Source of the DNA: an uncultured Holophagales bacterium
GTDB taxonomy: Bacteria > Acidobacteriota > Thermoanaerobaculia > Multivoradales > UBA5704
Length of the DNA: 64,000 bases
Assembly: GCA_963842525.1 (NCBI GenBank)
Contig: CAWJGT010000001.1
Span: forward strand, 726,215-790,214
Direction: 5' to 3'
Each line of letters starts with the position of its first letter. The first letter of the stretch is position 1. Position numbers and translations under genes: made by a program. Positions 61,734 to 64,000 of the stretch are shown here, one piece after another. Under the pieces are notes generated by a model. The model was given only the letters and a program-made list of their open reading frames with translations, was not told the origin of the DNA and did no database searches.

Positions 61734-63897
61734 TTGCTCAAGGGCAATCCTTTTTTCCTGGCGCTCGGTGCCGCAATCCTGATCTTCGGGGGGTGCTCCC
61801 GCGGGGACGGAGGAGCTGCGCCAAGCCCGAATCTGCTGCTCGTGACCCTCGACACGGTGCGAGCCGACCGAATCGGCTCTTATGGCTACAGGGCAGCCGA
61901 AACGCCCTGGCTCGACCGCCTGGCGGGCGACGGGGTGCGCTTCGCGCAGGCCTCGGCGCCGGTGCCTCTCACCCTCCCATCGCACGCCAGCATGCTCTCC
62001 GGCCTTCTGCCGCCTCATCACGGCCTGCGCAACAACGGCGTCGGCACCTTCCCCGAGGGGCCGTCCACCCTGGCCACGCTGCTCGCGGCGGAGGGCTACC
62101 GCACCGGCGCCTTCGTCGGCTCCTTCGTGCTCGACCGCCGGTTCGGCCTGGGGCGCGGGTTCGAGGTCTACGATGACGAGATCGAGAGGGATCCGGTCGC
62201 CGGCACGACCCTCGAAGCCGAACGGCCGGGCCGGGAGGTGGTCGACCGCGCCCTCGCCTGGCTCGCCTCTGCCAGGACCGATGACTCCCGTCCCTTCTTC
62301 CTCTGGGTCCACCTGTACGACGCCCATGCCCCCTACACGCCGCCGTCGCCGCACCGCGAGCGCCATGCCGGGCGTCCCTATGATGGCGAGATCGCCGCGG
62401 TCGACGAGCAGGTCGGCCGCCTGCTGGCGGCGCTCGAGCAGCGCGGCCTGGCCGGGCAGACCGTGGTGGCGGTGTCCGGCGACCACGGCGAGGGGCTGGG
62501 CGACCACGGGGAGCTTACCCATGGGCTGCTGCTCTACGAGCCCACCCTGCGCGTGCCGCTCCTCGTGCGCGCGCCGGACGTGAAGCCGGGCCGGGTCGTG
62601 CGCACTCCCGTCAGCCTCGCCGACCTGGCCCCGACCCTGGCCGGTCTGCTCGGCAAGGGCCTGCCGGCGCCTCCGGTGGGAACGCTCGACGGCCGCGACC
62701 TCTCGGCCCCGTTGCGGCAGGGCGAGGAGCCGCCGCCGGCTGACATCTACGCCGAGACCCAGTACCCGGCGATCTTCGGCTGGAGCCCTCTTGCCGCTCT
62801 GCGGCGCCGCGATCTCAAGTACATCTCCGCCCCGCAGCCGGAGCTCTACGACCTGGCCCGCGACCCGGGCGAGGCAGCCGACCTGGCGCGACAGAGGGAG
62901 GAAGGCCAGCTACGCGGCTTTGCCGGCCGCCTGGCCGAGATCGAGGCCGGCGCCGTCGAGGCCCCGCGCGGCGGCGTCGATGCGGAGACGCGCGCCCGGC
63001 TGGCGAGCCTCGGCTATGCTGCCGGAGGGACCGCGCCGCCGCGCCGCCGCACCGGCGACCCCGGAGCTGCCGACCCCAAGCGCATGGCGCCCCTCTTCGC
63101 GCGGTACGAGCGGGCGCACGCCCAGCTCCGCAGCGGCCGGGCGGAGAGCGCCCTGGCCGAGCTCGAGGCCCTGGTCGCCGCCGACCCGGGCAACCCGGTC
63201 TTCCGTGGCGAGCTGCGCCCGGGCCTGGCGCGAACGGGGGGAGGTGGAGAAGGCCGTGCCGCTCCACCGGCAGGCCGCGGCGGACGCCCCCGACGACCCC
63301 GAGGCCTGGTACAACCTGGCGTCGACCCTCCAGGAGGCGGGGCGTACGGCCGAGGCCCGGGAGGCGATCCAGCGGGCCCTGCGGCTCGATCCGGCGCGGC
63401 CCGAGGCGCACAACACCCTGGGCGTCCTCCTGCTCGCCGAGGACCGGCCGGAGGCGGCGCGCCAGGAGCTCGAGCTCGCCGCCGCGCTCGATCCGCGCAA
63501 CGCCACGGCGCTCAACAACCTCGGCAACGTCCTGCGCGGCCTGGGCCGGGCCGCGGAGGCCGAGCGCGCCTACCAGCAGGCGATCGCCGTCGCGCCCCGC
63601 TACGCCGAGCCGCTCAACGGCCTCGGCACCCTGGAGGTGGAGCGGGATCGGCCGGCTCAAGCACTTTCCTATTTTGACCGGGCTCTCCGTCTGGCGCCGC
63701 GCTACCACGAGGTCCGCCTGAACCGTGGCATTGCGCACGAGGTCGCCGGAGAGCCGGACGCGGCGGCGGCGGCGTACCGCGATTTCCTGGCCGCCACCGA
63801 GGGCGACCGCCAGTTCGCCGAGCAGCGCCGGACCGCCCGGATGCTGCTCGCAAGGATCGAAGACAAGAGAACGACCACCACTCAAGAGAGGAGGTGA
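61734..63897 (+). CDS. Lipoprotein sulfatase (alkaline-phosphatase superfamily) fused to C-terminal TPR repeats; one frameshift near 63230
   Basis: TTG start, lipobox 'LIFGGCS'. 'LLLVTLDTVRADRIGSYGY', 'HASMLSGL', 'GDHGEGLGDHGE'. Then TPR 'AWYNLASTLQEAGRTAEA...'. Confidence 0.65.
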
Positions 63898-64000
63898 TTC
63901 AGGCCCAGGACCCGCTCCCCTCACTCCCGTACTCCGATATCCCGAGCATTTTTCGATTCCATACGTCCGATTCCATACGGTGTACAGAGGACTCCAAAGG

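Overview
This is a high-GC window that is probably Acidobacteria-like: it has a PadR/ADOP permease pair and very large CarboxypepD_reg-like repeat proteins. Most of it is housekeeping and hydrolase genes, but it also carries several accessory islets. Genes present include M20 peptidases, UbiD, a penicillin-acylase family protein, an amino-acid permease, def, rlmH, dksA and a holA-like gene. The most interesting region is a lower-GC two-gene cassette at 21028-25880. It encodes a TIR-domain protein that is translationally coupled (GTG/TGA overlap) to a 1195-aa protein. That large protein has a ParA/MinD-like ATPase, a TIR-like/deoxyribosyltransferase-like (FYELG) Rossmannoid domain, TPR-like helices and a C-terminal SLOG/LOG-like domain. 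The cassette sits between two direct copies of a small secretin-N-like gene. I read this as a Thoeris-like nucleotide-signalling defence candidate with an atypical, non-SIR2 effector. Further notable features: (1) a tandem SIR2_2 protein, whose second SIR2 has lost its catalytic His, co-oriented with an unknown partner gene; (2) an ADP-ribosyltransferase-toxin-like gene with a 33-Ser linker encoded by a perfect 18-nt-periodic simple repeat; (3) a ~2.6-kb low-GC islet that truncated an alcohol-dehydrogenase gene and carries a HEPN Abi-like gene, GC-rich tetraloop hairpin arrays and 17 tandem 20-bp palindromic DnaA-box-like repeats; (4) a 65-bp near-perfect inverted repeat bracketing a DUF559 endonuclease gene, plus a cognate cargo-less inverted repeat elsewhere; (5) a toxin-antitoxin islet with a duplicated yoeB remnant; (6) a thermolysin-like protease gene next to a gene for an MBL-fold protein with a histone-H1-like tail. 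Many genes show single-nucleotide frameshifts, roughly one per few kb. This pattern fits uncorrected indel errors in the assembly at least as well as real pseudogenisation. All calls rest on reading motifs by eye; no searches were run.
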